From an uncultured virus (IMG/VR IMGVR_UViG_3300006735_000024) (lineage: Duplodnaviria > Heunggongvirae > Uroviricota > Caudoviricetes): a DNA stretch of 64,000 bases. Below are positions 9,853-19,348 of this stretch, piece by piece; the stretch's first letter is position 1; the number at the start of each line of letters is the position of its first letter. A program made the translations under genes and the position numbers. The notes under the pieces were generated by a model, which saw nothing but the letters and a program-made list of their open reading frames with translations, did not search any database and was not told the DNA's origin. The stretch lies in IMG/VR virus record IMGVR_UViG_3300006735_000024. One strand, 5' to 3'.

Positions 9853-9885
9853 CATCTGTGCCAACAGACATAAGGAACATAGTAA

Positions 9886-10623
9886 TTACTTAAAGTAGTC
9901 TCTAGGATCTGAACTCCAGTCTGTCCATTTTGTGCCGTAATCTTCCCTGTCGGTTTCATCACTTGTATCTAAATCAGAAATTTTTGACTCGTCTTCGTCG
10001 AGGTTTCTATTTACCTTGCCGTTTAGAGTTTCAATTAAATCTAAAACATCTTCATGGTCTATGAGACCTGCATCAACTAAAGTCAGTAGTGCCTCTGGTG
10101 GAAGAAACATACTCATAGTTATGAAGTTTTTACTCTGAGGAGAAATACTATTTTTACTTTCCATTTCTTCTAGGTCTTCTAGAAGTTCTGGATTTTCATC
10201 AATAGCATCTCTCATCATATCAATTAAATCTTCAAAATCTTCTGGTAGCATGTCGCTTACGGATTTCATATCGGAACCTAAATCGTCCTTCATCATTTCT
10301 GTTAGATTTGTTATCTTAGGATCTTTCGGATCAACATCTTCTTTTTCTTTTTCTAAAGAATAAAGTTCCATCACATCTGAGGTCGGAATTAAATAAGTTG
10401 CAATATAGTCTTTTGGAATTTTTGTCTGAATCTCGTTTGTATGAGATAACCAATTCTTTAAAATAGTTAGTTCTTTTTGCTTACCAGTATATGGGTCCAT
10501 TATTACTCTTGTCACAAATATCATAGGTCTCTCTATTACTATTTTACCCCTTTGCTCTCCCCTGAGTCGGGCAATAATTTGCTCTCCGCTTCTCAACTTT
10601 AGAATTCTATAGGGTGTTTTCAT
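9886..10623 (-). CDS. Conserved T4-like hypothetical protein between uvsW and gp55 (possible Sm-like N-terminus, acidic tail)
   Basis: YRILKLRSGEQIIA N-terminus; GGAGG SD; synteny. Confidence 0.7.
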   Translation of the reverse strand: MKTPYRILKLRSGEQIIARLRGEQRGKIVIERPMIFVTRVIMDPYTGKQKELTILKNWLSHTNEIQTKIPKDYIATYLIPTSDVMELYSLEKEKEDVDPKDPKITNLTEMMKDDLGSDMKSVSDMLPEDFEDLIDMMRDAIDENPELLEDLEEMESKNSISPQSKNFITMSMFLPPEALLTLVDAGLIDHEDVLDLIETLNGKVNRNLDEDESKISDLDTSDETDREDYGTKWTDWSSDPRDYFK

Positions 10624-10635
10624 CGTAGCCTCCTA

Positions 10636-12126
10636 TCATAATCGTATTTTAACCATTTTGAAAGAAAAGTTCTCTCTATTATATATCTTAATTCTCTCAT
10701 CTAAATGTTTCATGGTGTGGTTAACATACTTTTTATGTTGTAAATTATCGCTTATGTCATATAGTTTTACTATTTCTTTTTTGTCAGATTTCCGTAAACC
10801 CCGTCCTATTGACTGTAAAACCCGAACAACTGACTTTGAGGGTGAAGAGAATATTATATTGTGAATATTTTTAATATTAATTCCGGTAGAACATGTACCG
10901 TATGATGCTACTAGAATGGCATTCTCTTCCTTGTCTATAATCTTTCGTATGAATTCTCTCTGTTCTGTTTCAGTACCCCCATGTATGAAAAACACTTTCT
11001 TATCTGGGCACTGTTCTCTTATCTGTTCAAACAATGGTTTACCGTGAGAGTCCACATAATTGAACAGGAGAAGAGTATTACCCTTTATTTTACAACATAG
11101 ACTGGTTATGAAGTCATTTCTTTTTTTGTTTCCTACGATCCATTTAATCTCATCTTGGTATGGCGCTCTTTTGATTTCTTCTATATCTTTTATTGGGTAT
11201 TGTAGATTTATACACTCAATTTGAAGTTCAGAAAGAAGACTTTTATCTATGAGTTTTTTTGTAGAAGTGACACTGAATACTCTACCAAACAACCCTTCTA
11301 TTACTAATTTGTGGGTAAAAGTACCGTCTAGTGTACCAGTTGTTCCTACTCTATAAGGACAATCAGTTAGTTTTGTCATTAGAGTCGTAAGAGATTTTGA
11401 TTTAAATAAGTGACACTCATCACCAAATATTGCACCGAACTGTTCAAAGTACTTTTGAGGCATTTTGTATATACTTTGCCATGTGGATATGATAACTCTT
11501 TTTTCTGTATTCTTATCTTGTCCCGCATAAATTGTATGGCAATTATCTTCTACGTTCCAATAGTCTTTTGACGAATAGTCTCCAAAATCATTGTACATCT
11601 GGGATACGAGTCCAGTTGTAGGTACAATTATCAATATCTTCCTATCATTCTCTAAAAGTTCTTGGTAATATCGAATAAGAGTGTATATTATTAAAGACTT
11701 TCCGCTTCCGGTAGGAGAGAGCAGTAGGCATCTTTGATTGTTGATAGCGTGAACAATAGCATCAAGTTGATGATCATGTGCTTTGATTCTAGAAGTACCA
11801 ACAGTTGGTTTTAGTTTTTCGTTTAGATATAAGGATACATCTTTTCGAGTCACAGAGTTTTTTGTAGGCGGTATAGTGCTGGAAACTGTATAGTTTCTTT
11901 CTGCTGCAAACTTGAGAACATACTCCTTAAGTCCATGATATATTTGCTGGGTGTGTATGTTGTAAAGTCTAATTTGACCATCCCACATTTTGTTTCTATA
12001 TGCAGGTATATACTTATAGTTCGGAACAGTAAATGTGAAAAATTCACTCAGTTCTTTTGCAATACTTCTATCACAAATAACTTTAATATTTACAGAATCT
12101 ATTGAATGTATTTCTATATCACTCAT
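10636..12126 (-). CDS. uvsW: SF2 helicase UvsW
   Basis: PTGSGKS, DECH, TTGT, QSIGRGLR; ATG 12126 overlaps the uvsY stop (ATGA). Confidence 0.95.
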   Translation of the reverse strand: MSDIEIHSIDSVNIKVICDRSIAKELSEFFTFTVPNYKYIPAYRNKMWDGQIRLYNIHTQQIYHGLKEYVLKFAAERNYTVSSTIPPTKNSVTRKDVSLYLNEKLKPTVGTSRIKAHDHQLDAIVHAINNQRCLLLSPTGSGKSLIIYTLIRYYQELLENDRKILIIVPTTGLVSQMYNDFGDYSSKDYWNVEDNCHTIYAGQDKNTEKRVIISTWQSIYKMPQKYFEQFGAIFGDECHLFKSKSLTTLMTKLTDCPYRVGTTGTLDGTFTHKLVIEGLFGRVFSVTSTKKLIDKSLLSELQIECINLQYPIKDIEEIKRAPYQDEIKWIVGNKKRNDFITSLCCKIKGNTLLLFNYVDSHGKPLFEQIREQCPDKKVFFIHGGTETEQREFIRKIIDKEENAILVASYGTCSTGINIKNIHNIIFSSPSKSVVRVLQSIGRGLRKSDKKEIVKLYDISDNLQHKKYVNHTMKHLDERIKIYNRENFSFKMVKIRL

Positions 12127-12557
12127 GAACCATTTGTAAATCGTACCCAGTCGATTGTCGAACGAATAGACCATTGTCTATTGTTAATAATTTTGATAAC
12201 ATTCTCTAGGTAATTTACTTTTTCCTTCTGTAACAATATTTTATTGGAGAGTCTTATGATATCTTCATCGGAATCCATGAACCTATCAATGTCTGTCTTT
12301 AATATATTTAGGTCAAAAGGTTCCCAGTTTCTTTCTTCCAACTGCTCTTGACTCATCTTTCCTGTATAGTAAAGCCATTTATCTCTTCTAAGAACATTGA
12401 TATCTGACTGCATCTTTCCCAAGATGAGTTTTTCATCTCCGTGAAAAATAAGATACTTGTTATGCAACTGTGGCGTTTTCATAGACTCTATGTCAAGTTC
12501 AGTCTTGTCCATAGGGAGGTCTATGCTTACTTTTTTTCTTATTTCATCAAGTGTCAT
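12123..12557 (-). CDS. uvsY: Recombination mediator UvsY
   Basis: PQLHNKYL, KWLYYTGK, R-W-I---IDW; start at ATG 12557 with GAGGAG SD. Confidence 0.9.
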   Translation of the reverse strand: MTLDEIRKKVSIDLPMDKTELDIESMKTPQLHNKYLIFHGDEKLILGKMQSDINVLRRDKWLYYTGKMSQEQLEERNWEPFDLNILKTDIDRFMDSDEDIIRLSNKILLQKEKVNYLENVIKIINNRQWSIRSTIDWVRFTNGS

Positions 12558-12578
12558 TTTATATAAACTCCTCGTACT

Positions 12579-12606
12579 ATTATACACTATAGGAGCAGAA
12601 AATCAA
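12579..12606 (-). promoter_or_regulatory. Sigma70-like promoter for uvsY-uvsW
   Basis: Minus strand TTGATT-16 bp-TATAAT; shares GTGTATAAT with the gp45 promoter. Confidence 0.5.
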
Positions 12607-13212
12607 TTAAATTGTTGTTATATCATAAGATGTGTATGAGAACGTAGCACTGGCGATTATTGGTTCGTTCTCTGTCGATGAACTATTAAATTCCAGAGAA
12701 GATAGTCCAATAGGAAATGCGTCTTTGAAACGCACATAGTATTGTGGTTTATAGGCACTATTTGTTACTGTCAATGTTATGTCTGAGAAGAAATCGCCAG
12801 TTTGAGTTCGATCAATTGTATCAGAATACTTTTCCATATTTCCGATGGATCTCATCCATTCATATACCTCATACCAGTTTTTCATTTGCTCATCGACTAT
12901 AAAATTAACTACCAAATCCTCAAAGGAATACTGTCCCCCAACAAACTTAGGTCGTAAACCAAATGCAGTAGGCTGTTCTACTGGGGTGAGTGTTAATGAC
13001 GGTATGCTCGCAGACTGGCAGAAATATGTAACTGTTGGTAATCTAGTAATTTCTATTTGAAAGTAGTTACTAGAAAGATAGTTATTATTATCTGGTTGTC
13101 TAGGGTTCGATACTCTTGACACATCAGGCATACCAGGTCCAGTATACCCTACATTTGCCCCAGTATAACCACCCTGAAAACTTTGATCAGATTCTGTAGT
13201 TGTGAATGCCAT
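12607..13212 (-). CDS. gp3: Tail completion / sheath stabilizer (gp3-like)
   Basis: YFCQSASIP, FIVDEQMKNWYEVYEWM, F-DAFP--LSSLEF, ATFSY; AGGAG SD before ATG 13212. Confidence 0.88.
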   Translation of the reverse strand: MAFTTTESDQSFQGGYTGANVGYTGPGMPDVSRVSNPRQPDNNNYLSSNYFQIEITRLPTVTYFCQSASIPSLTLTPVEQPTAFGLRPKFVGGQYSFEDLVVNFIVDEQMKNWYEVYEWMRSIGNMEKYSDTIDRTQTGDFFSDITLTVTNSAYKPQYYVRFKDAFPIGLSSLEFNSSSTENEPIIASATFSYTSYDITTI

Positions 13213-13230
13213 AAGCAAATTCTCCTACAG

Positions 13231-13238
13231 TATGTATA
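13231..13238 (-). promoter_or_regulatory. Late promoter variant TATACATA (gp3)
   Basis: Directly follows the terminator U-tract, about 20 nt before the gp3 start. Confidence 0.65.
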
Positions 13239-13270
13239 AAAGAAAAGGGGAGTCCCCGAAAGGACTCCCC
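13238..13270 (-). terminator. Rho-independent terminator after the major capsid gene
   Basis: GGGGAGTCCT-TTCG-GGGACTCCCC followed by TTTTCTTTT on the minus strand; UUCG loop typical of T4-like phages. Confidence 0.9.
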
Positions 13271-13296
13271 TGATCAAATCTCTTATATACTACTTA

Positions 13297-14688
13297 TCAA
13301 GCAGTGTTACCGTGGAGATTCGTAATTGCGAAGATTCTGTAGTAACAGTTCTTATCGGCAATTAGATTTCCACTAGACATTACTGCTGAAGCGTCGTCGT
13401 GTGCGAATGGGTTTGCAACCATTCCGTAACGAGTCTTGAACCCAATCTTGGGCTGGAAGGTGTTCTCACCAACCGCACGAACCATCTGGAGTGGGACGTA
13501 TGGACAGTAGAAGATACCAGCATCGTATGGGTTGCTACCTCTGTAACCTACACATGCAAAGTTGAAGTCATTGGTTCTTGCATCGTTGGTTGTTGCACTG
13601 TATGGATCGATGTAAACTTTCATCTTACCGTTGAGTGTACCTACGAATGTGTTACCAGTGTCATCAACATCTAGGCTTGTGTTGAGTGCAGGAGAGAGTT
13701 GTAACCAACCACCCATTGCGAGGGCAGAAGCAACGTCTGAGGAGCAGACAACAAAGTTACCCTTACCTCTACGAGTTTCCTTGGCGATTACGTTTGATTC
13801 TCTTTCGAGTTGGAACATAAGTCCTCTGAATCGTTCAGCACTCCAACGACCGTCTGAGTCGTTGTTTAGATCGTAAGTACCAGCAGTTTGAAGGTCTACA
13901 TGCTGGGCACCAGTCTTCGCTGAGAAGTAGATGCTACGAATGAGTTCACGGTTGATTTCTGAGAGGATTTCAGTGCTAAGAATGTTAGCAAGTTCAGTCT
14001 CTGCGTCAAGTCCGTGGACTGCTTTGAGGTCCTGAGCGAGTTCAGTGGTGTACTCTGCTTTGAGGGCGCGAGTCTTTGCTTCCACAGCAACCTTCTCGAT
14101 TGAGAATGCCATTTCCTTGAAGTTAGTACCTTCAGCACCACCAGCACTAAGTGCTTCTGCGGTGTTTGTTGCCATACCTCTCATGTTGGTGAGAAGGTCA
14201 GCAGCAGTTGGATCTACACCACCAGTTGCAGTACCAGCAGCACCACTTGAGGTGAATCCAGCACCAGAGAACTTAGAGAATGCTTCTTGATACAGTGCTT
14301 CTGCTCCGTCTTGCTTGTCGTACTTAGCACGCATAGCGAAGATAAGACCAGTTGGGGCGCTCATAGGCTGAACACCTGCAAGATCGTATGCCATTAGATT
14401 AGGCATTGCACGACGAACAAGACTGATTAGAACTGGATCATAACCGGCGAGGTTTGGTGATCCGGTTTGAGCAGCCTGGGAAACGGTGAAACCACCACCA
14501 CCCATGGCGTTGTTCGCAACTTCGTGAATGTTCTGCTCACGGAGTGCTTGCTCTTGGTTTTCGAGAAGTGCAGCAGTTACTTTTTGCTTGTAACTGTCAT
14601 CGATTGCAGGTAGGTCTGGGTGGTTTAGAACCGGAGACCACTTCTCCTGCAACTGATCATACGGTGTGTTGTTTTGATTGAAATCCAT
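13297..14688 (-). CDS. gp23: Major capsid protein
   Basis: DPVLISLVRRAMPNLMAYD, GVQPM--PTGLIFAMR, RALKAEYT-ELAQDLKAVHGLDAE, FYCPYVPLQMVR, FQPKIGFKTRYG. Confidence 0.98.
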   Translation of the reverse strand: MDFNQNNTPYDQLQEKWSPVLNHPDLPAIDDSYKQKVTAALLENQEQALREQNIHEVANNAMGGGGFTVSQAAQTGSPNLAGYDPVLISLVRRAMPNLMAYDLAGVQPMSAPTGLIFAMRAKYDKQDGAEALYQEAFSKFSGAGFTSSGAAGTATGGVDPTAADLLTNMRGMATNTAEALSAGGAEGTNFKEMAFSIEKVAVEAKTRALKAEYTTELAQDLKAVHGLDAETELANILSTEILSEINRELIRSIYFSAKTGAQHVDLQTAGTYDLNNDSDGRWSAERFRGLMFQLERESNVIAKETRRGKGNFVVCSSDVASALAMGGWLQLSPALNTSLDVDDTGNTFVGTLNGKMKVYIDPYSATTNDARTNDFNFACVGYRGSNPYDAGIFYCPYVPLQMVRAVGENTFQPKIGFKTRYGMVANPFAHDDASAVMSSGNLIADKNCYYRIFAITNLHGNTA

Positions 14689-14732
14689 TATAGATTCTCC
14701 TTTTGACTCGTTAGTTTATTGAGATTTCCTGA

Positions 14733-14740
14733 TATGTATA
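14733..14740 (-). promoter_or_regulatory. Late promoter variant TATACATA (gp23)
   Basis: Intergenic, upstream of gp23. Confidence 0.7.
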
Positions 14741-14752
14741 AAAGTTTGACCT

Positions 14753-15967
14753 TTAGGATACCTTATTGTAAGATGCGTGTCTACCGATTACGTTAGTGTA
14801 CCTATCCATAGGTCCACCCTCTGAGATTACCTGATTTGTTGTTTCAGTTTCTTCTGTAAGAACAGGAGTATTGTTGAAATAACTTTCTCTTAGAACTGAA
14901 ATCTTATCTCGATACTGTTGTTCGTTTTCAAACTCAATACCTTCAGTCAAAGATGCAAGTTTTTCAACTTCAACATCAGTTAGTCCATCTGCTTGCTCAA
15001 CGAAGATTTCACCACAACGATGCGAGAGAATTTCTTTACGAAGTTCAATACTTTCTTGGAGTGCTTTGTTGAGTTGCTCTTCCAGTTCGTCTTTAGTAGC
15101 GGTAACTTCATCAAGAAGGTCATACTTCTCGTCGGGAACATCAATGAAGTTGTTCTCAAAGAGTACCTTGAGTCCAGAGATAAAGTTCTCTGCGACTTCC
15201 ATTCGGATACCATTTTCAAGAGCAAGTTTATTTTCTTCAACCCAGTTCTCAACAACATAACCTAGATAGTCATCTAGTTTCTCGGAAAGATTATTACTAA
15301 TCTCTTCGATGTTCTCTGAGAGGATTGTTTCGTATTGCTCAAGAAGACTTGCTTCTACTTCTGAAACACGCTCGTTAATTGCTGCTTCAAAGATAGTTAC
15401 TGCTTTAGTCTGAAAACCCTCTGTTAGTTCTTCACCATCAAAGAGAGCAGTCATGTGCTGTTCCATTCTTTCTTGAGAAGAACCACTCGCTGTTGGAGTT
15501 TCAAAGGAAGAAGGACCTTTTGATTTACCAGCAATAGATGCCTTGTTCTTCTTGTCCTTTCCTTCAGTACCCTTGTCCGTATCAATTTTGGCGTGCTTTC
15601 CTTCAGCATCCTGATACAGTTTTGGATCTTCTTCTGATTTTGTGTCTAGTGTAGGAGTCTCTGACCCCGCCTCGTTTAGATGTGTATCGTCATATTCTGA
15701 CATGACTGACTCCTTTTTTGTTTTAGTTTTATCTAAAAGTCTGTGTCCCTTGTTAGCAACACCCTTTACTGCTCTTGTCGCCGCTCTTCTTACTAGTTCA
15801 TCTGCGTGTGGTTTTACTGTTGGGTGATTGTAAACTTTTTTTATAACTTTACCAGCACCCTTTACTAAATCCATAGCACCTTCGTCCACAGATTCTGTAT
15901 CTGTGTCCGTAGACTCCAGTAGTGATTCTTTAACTGAATCTAAAAGTGTTGTATCTTTGTTTGACAT
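14753..15967 (-). CDS. gp22: Prohead core scaffold protein (possible second start at 15703)
   Basis: KAVTIFEAA, LDDYLGYVVENWVEENKLALENGI, LFENNFIDVP, RESYF; located between gp21 and gp23. Confidence 0.9.
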   Translation of the reverse strand: MSNKDTTLLDSVKESLLESTDTDTESVDEGAMDLVKGAGKVIKKVYNHPTVKPHADELVRRAATRAVKGVANKGHRLLDKTKTKKESVMSEYDDTHLNEAGSETPTLDTKSEEDPKLYQDAEGKHAKIDTDKGTEGKDKKNKASIAGKSKGPSSFETPTASGSSQERMEQHMTALFDGEELTEGFQTKAVTIFEAAINERVSEVEASLLEQYETILSENIEEISNNLSEKLDDYLGYVVENWVEENKLALENGIRMEVAENFISGLKVLFENNFIDVPDEKYDLLDEVTATKDELEEQLNKALQESIELRKEILSHRCGEIFVEQADGLTDVEVEKLASLTEGIEFENEQQYRDKISVLRESYFNNTPVLTEETETTNQVISEGGPMDRYTNVIGRHASYNKVS

Positions 15968-15992
15968 ATAAAACTCCGTAGACTGTCTGCTT

Positions 15993-16000
15993 TATTTATA
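15993..16000 (-). promoter_or_regulatory. T4-type late promoter TATAAATA (gp22)
   Basis: Exact gp55 consensus in intergenic space. Confidence 0.75.
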
Positions 16001-16005
16001 AAAAA

Positions 16006-16647
16006 CTAAAGTTTTGACATGAAATCTTTAAACGCAAAAAGTGCCTTTTCTTCTAATTCTCGACTGGAGGCCTTTTTAATCATTTGCTGATATTCGTGTA
16101 TTTGTTTTTCTTGCAAAATACCATTATCCCATACCCACTCTTTACCTTCCATGATACCGTTTACGAAGGCATTTGGAGCAGATGGATCTGCAACAATGTC
16201 CACTGCTGAAAGCATGAAGTCGTCTTTAACATAGTTGACTCCTTTTCTTTCCTCAAGTGAACCCATACCGCGAGAAGACACACCAAGTTGTGCGCCTTCA
16301 CTTACGAGATTCTTTGCAATGTTACCCATAGGGGTATCAAGAAGTTTGGCTTTACCAATACAATCATTACCCTCAAACTTGAGGTCTTTAATCATATGGG
16401 AAACTCTGTCTAGATTTACAGTAGGACCTTGTGGGTGATTCAGTTCACCTAATGCACGATTTTTCTTAACAAAGGACTTGTTGTATCGTTTTACTTCATT
16501 CTCTAATATGTCTCTTTTATATACCCTACCATTGCGGTTCTTTTGCTCTGCTTGCATAAAGACACCCTGAATGTAGTGGTTTTTTTTACCATCTTCCTCT
16601 TCTACAAGATACTGGACATCTTCAATCATTTCTGTGATTAGTTTCAT
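16006..16647 (-). CDS. gp21: Prohead protease
   Basis: MKLITE, KNRNGRVY, ALGELNHP, LGVSSRGMGS, DIVADPSAP-AFV. Confidence 0.96.
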   Translation of the reverse strand: MKLITEMIEDVQYLVEEEDGKKNHYIQGVFMQAEQKNRNGRVYKRDILENEVKRYNKSFVKKNRALGELNHPQGPTVNLDRVSHMIKDLKFEGNDCIGKAKLLDTPMGNIAKNLVSEGAQLGVSSRGMGSLEERKGVNYVKDDFMLSAVDIVADPSAPNAFVNGIMEGKEWVWDNGILQEKQIHEYQQMIKKASSRELEEKALFAFKDFMSKL

Positions 16648-17150
16648 GAGTGGCCCTTTTCCTTTTCTTCTTGTTCTTTTTCTTTGTGGAATTTAGTTTT
16701 TATTTTATCTTTTTCAGTATCAGAAAGTTTCATATACTTTTCTTTATCCATACCATAAATATTTTCTTCTTTAACTTCCTCTTCATCATCGTCTTTATTG
16801 ACTGCTTTTTTCACAGTCTTTCGGCGATTCTTGAGGTAGTCATCAGAATCATCGGAGTCACCGTCATTGTCAACATCACTGTCTTCTGCACCGACTGGAT
16901 CTAAACCTTCACCATCATCTTCTTTGTCGGTTTTCTTGGCGTAATCTTCGTCATCGCCATTATTCTTTGCTTTTCTTTTTTCAGCAAGAGTAGCAGCACC
17001 GATTGCATCCTCATATACAGAGGATGTTACATCTTTTTTCATTCCTTCAATTGATTCACTTAATTTGGAATAAAGTATTTCTTCTGTTTGTTTTCTTGCA
17101 GAAGAGAGATTTTCTGATAGTATTTCTTGAATGATGTTTTCTGTTGACAT
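16644..17150 (-). CDS. Acidic prohead core protein (gp67/gp68-region)
   Basis: Between gp20 and gp21; D-rich repeat DSDVDNDGDSDDSDDYLKNRRK; L/V-x-E sites; AAGGGA SD before ATG 17150. Confidence 0.6.
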   Translation of the reverse strand: MSTENIIQEILSENLSSARKQTEEILYSKLSESIEGMKKDVTSSVYEDAIGAATLAEKRKAKNNGDDEDYAKKTDKEDDGEGLDPVGAEDSDVDNDGDSDDSDDYLKNRRKTVKKAVNKDDDEEEVKEENIYGMDKEKYMKLSDTEKDKIKTKFHKEKEQEEKEKGHS

Positions 17151-17160
17151 TTGAAGTCCC

Positions 17161-17391
17161 TTATTTGTTAAACTGTTTATCACAGAATTGTAGAACCTTG
17201 ATAAACTTATCTTCTGATTCTTCCAACATACTTCTCATATTCTGCTGATTATCTTTGTTTAAAGTATCATGAACTGAGACTATAGAAGAAGCATGTTCTG
17301 GTGTAATATGTATACTTGCGCCGTCTTTGGTTTCAAAAACGACCTCTTTTTTTTCTGATAATACTTCTTGTAGTGCTTTAATAATGGTCAT
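17161..17391 (-). CDS. Small prohead core-region protein
   Basis: 76-aa ORF with F-TKDG...LNKDNQQ-M, a pattern seen between gp20 and gp21 in T4-like phages. Confidence 0.6.
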   Translation of the reverse strand: MTIIKALQEVLSEKKEVVFETKDGASIHITPEHASSIVSVHDTLNKDNQQNMRSMLEESEDKFIKVLQFCDKQFNK

Positions 17392-17401
17392 TTCTTTATC
17401 C

Positions 17402-17761
17402 TTATTTTGCTTTCATTTCTTTTGCGAGCATCTGAAGCATCTGATTCATTTCTTTATCTTTCACACCAGAAACATCTACTGTCTTACCCTTGACTTTGAA
17501 ATTTCTTTTCGTCAGTCCAGCGTTTGATGCCGAATTGACAAATTTCTTTGCGTCTGTAGGTGATTTAAATGTATATGCTTCTGATACAGGTGCATCAGGA
17601 GATAGTGCTTCGGGGGATGATACAATATCCTTAGAAATTTCTAAGTTCTTATCTACAATTTTCTCACCAATACGAGTATCCATTTCTGCCTTAAAGGCAG
17701 ATTCAAATCCCTCTTTATCATCACTAAGAATAGAACCAATCATTTTTGCAATGTCTTCCAT
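17402..17761 (-). CDS. Prohead core protein (gp67-like position)
   Basis: Start overlaps the gp20 stop; synteny. Confidence 0.6.
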   Translation of the reverse strand: MEDIAKMIGSILSDDKEGFESAFKAEMDTRIGEKIVDKNLEISKDIVSSPEALSPDAPVSEAYTFKSPTDAKKFVNSASNAGLTKRNFKVKGKTVDVSGVKDKEMNQMLQMLAKEMKAK

Positions 17762-19287
17762 TAGTATTCTTCTCCCATATCTTCTTCGCCCATTTGAGGA
17801 CCTTCTTGTTGAATTTGACTGTCAATTAATTTCATTTCTTCGTCAGACTGCTTTAGTATATTTCTACGAATCCATTCAGTGGAATAGTACTTACCTATAT
17901 ATTCATCCATTTGGCTTAATATATCTAATCTTTCTTTTAAGATTTCTGAATGCTTTAATTCGCTAAAATGTGAGTCTTGATTGAATATGAATTGAATGTC
18001 GGGAGAGATATTATTCCAATCATCTTCTGACATAACACCTTTAAGAATTAATTGAGTTCTTAAAAGATTAAGAAATAGTTCTGTGAATCTCGTTCTTAAT
18101 TTTTCTATGAACTTAAAGAACTTAACTTCATCTCTTGTGATTTCAGCGGAACGACCTAAATTAAATCCGTTATCAGATTCCATTCTACTTACAGGTACGT
18201 TTAGAGACCTATAAACTTTTCGTAGAAGGTATTCAACATCTTCCATTTCGCCAAGATTCTGTCCACCGTCAAGAGTGGTAATTTCTGTTCCTTTACCACC
18301 TTCTCTTCTTGGTAACCAATAATCTTCAAGCATATGCATATGCTGCTTACCGTCTTTAATCTCACCAGTTGCTGCGTCATATGTAAGTTTATTTCTATAC
18401 TTATTCATAATATCACGAAGATATTGTTCCGCTTTATTCTTTGGAAGATTACCAACATCAATATAGAATATGCGTCTTTCTGGCGCACGGGAGATACGAT
18501 AGATAACAACTGCATCTTCGATCTGACGAAGCATGTTTAATGGTCGAATTGCTTTCTGCAAATAACCAATTACTCGTTTTGAGTTACCGTCAATCATACC
18601 AGAATGGACATAACAGATAGCATCTGTTGAAATTTTAATACCAGTTGATGCAGTTTGAACCGGAGAATTTTTATCAGTGTTTGTATAAACAAAGAATTCT
18701 TCTACCTTCTTAATAAAAGGAACTTTATTAGTTCCAATATTTTGTTGTTCCTTATCAACCTTTCGTATTTTCTTGATCTTTACGGGATCAATTGCTCTAA
18801 GTTCAGAAATACCTTTTTGTGGGTTTTCCTCATCAATCAAAACATGAAAATATAGTTTACTATCAACATACCATCTTCTGAAAAGGTCACTTCCCTTTTT
18901 ATTAAATTCTAATAGTCGAAGAATGCCATCATATTCATTGTAGATTTTAGTCTTGATACTTTCAGACAAATCTACAATTTCCAAATCTAACTTGATTGGT
19001 TTATGATCCGTATCCATAATAACTGCTTCATTAACAATATCTTCAACTGCCTGATCAACTTCAGGAAACATAGAGCAATTTCTATATTGAGATATGAGTG
19101 CATTTTCATCACGAACAGAACCCTGAAAGTCAACATAAGTACCAAACACTCCACCTGTTTCTAGAGTATAGGTTCCATCATAAGAATCTGGTTCTACAAA
19201 TGATTTTTGTACGTTTGCTTCTTGGGGACTGATTAGTTCTTCTGGTTTTTTTCTACCAATCGAGAAACCGAATATGTCTAGTGGCAT
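17761..19287 (-). CDS. gp20: Portal protein
   Basis: FRRWYVD, IYRISRAPERRIFYIDVGNLPK-KAEQYL, EDYWLPRREGGKGTEITTL-GGQNLG, ITRDEVKF. Confidence 0.97.
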   Translation of the reverse strand: MPLDIFGFSIGRKKPEELISPQEANVQKSFVEPDSYDGTYTLETGGVFGTYVDFQGSVRDENALISQYRNCSMFPEVDQAVEDIVNEAVIMDTDHKPIKLDLEIVDLSESIKTKIYNEYDGILRLLEFNKKGSDLFRRWYVDSKLYFHVLIDEENPQKGISELRAIDPVKIKKIRKVDKEQQNIGTNKVPFIKKVEEFFVYTNTDKNSPVQTASTGIKISTDAICYVHSGMIDGNSKRVIGYLQKAIRPLNMLRQIEDAVVIYRISRAPERRIFYIDVGNLPKNKAEQYLRDIMNKYRNKLTYDAATGEIKDGKQHMHMLEDYWLPRREGGKGTEITTLDGGQNLGEMEDVEYLLRKVYRSLNVPVSRMESDNGFNLGRSAEITRDEVKFFKFIEKLRTRFTELFLNLLRTQLILKGVMSEDDWNNISPDIQFIFNQDSHFSELKHSEILKERLDILSQMDEYIGKYYSTEWIRRNILKQSDEEMKLIDSQIQQEGPQMGEEDMGEEY

Positions 19288-19325
19288 GATATAACCCTCT
19301 TTATCTTGGTGTTTCTTTTACTTTA

Positions 19326-19333
19326 TATGTATA
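19326..19333 (-). promoter_or_regulatory. Late promoter variant TATACATA (gp20)
   Basis: Intergenic, upstream of the portal gene. Confidence 0.65.
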
Positions 19334-19348
19334 AGAATTTACGAGGGT

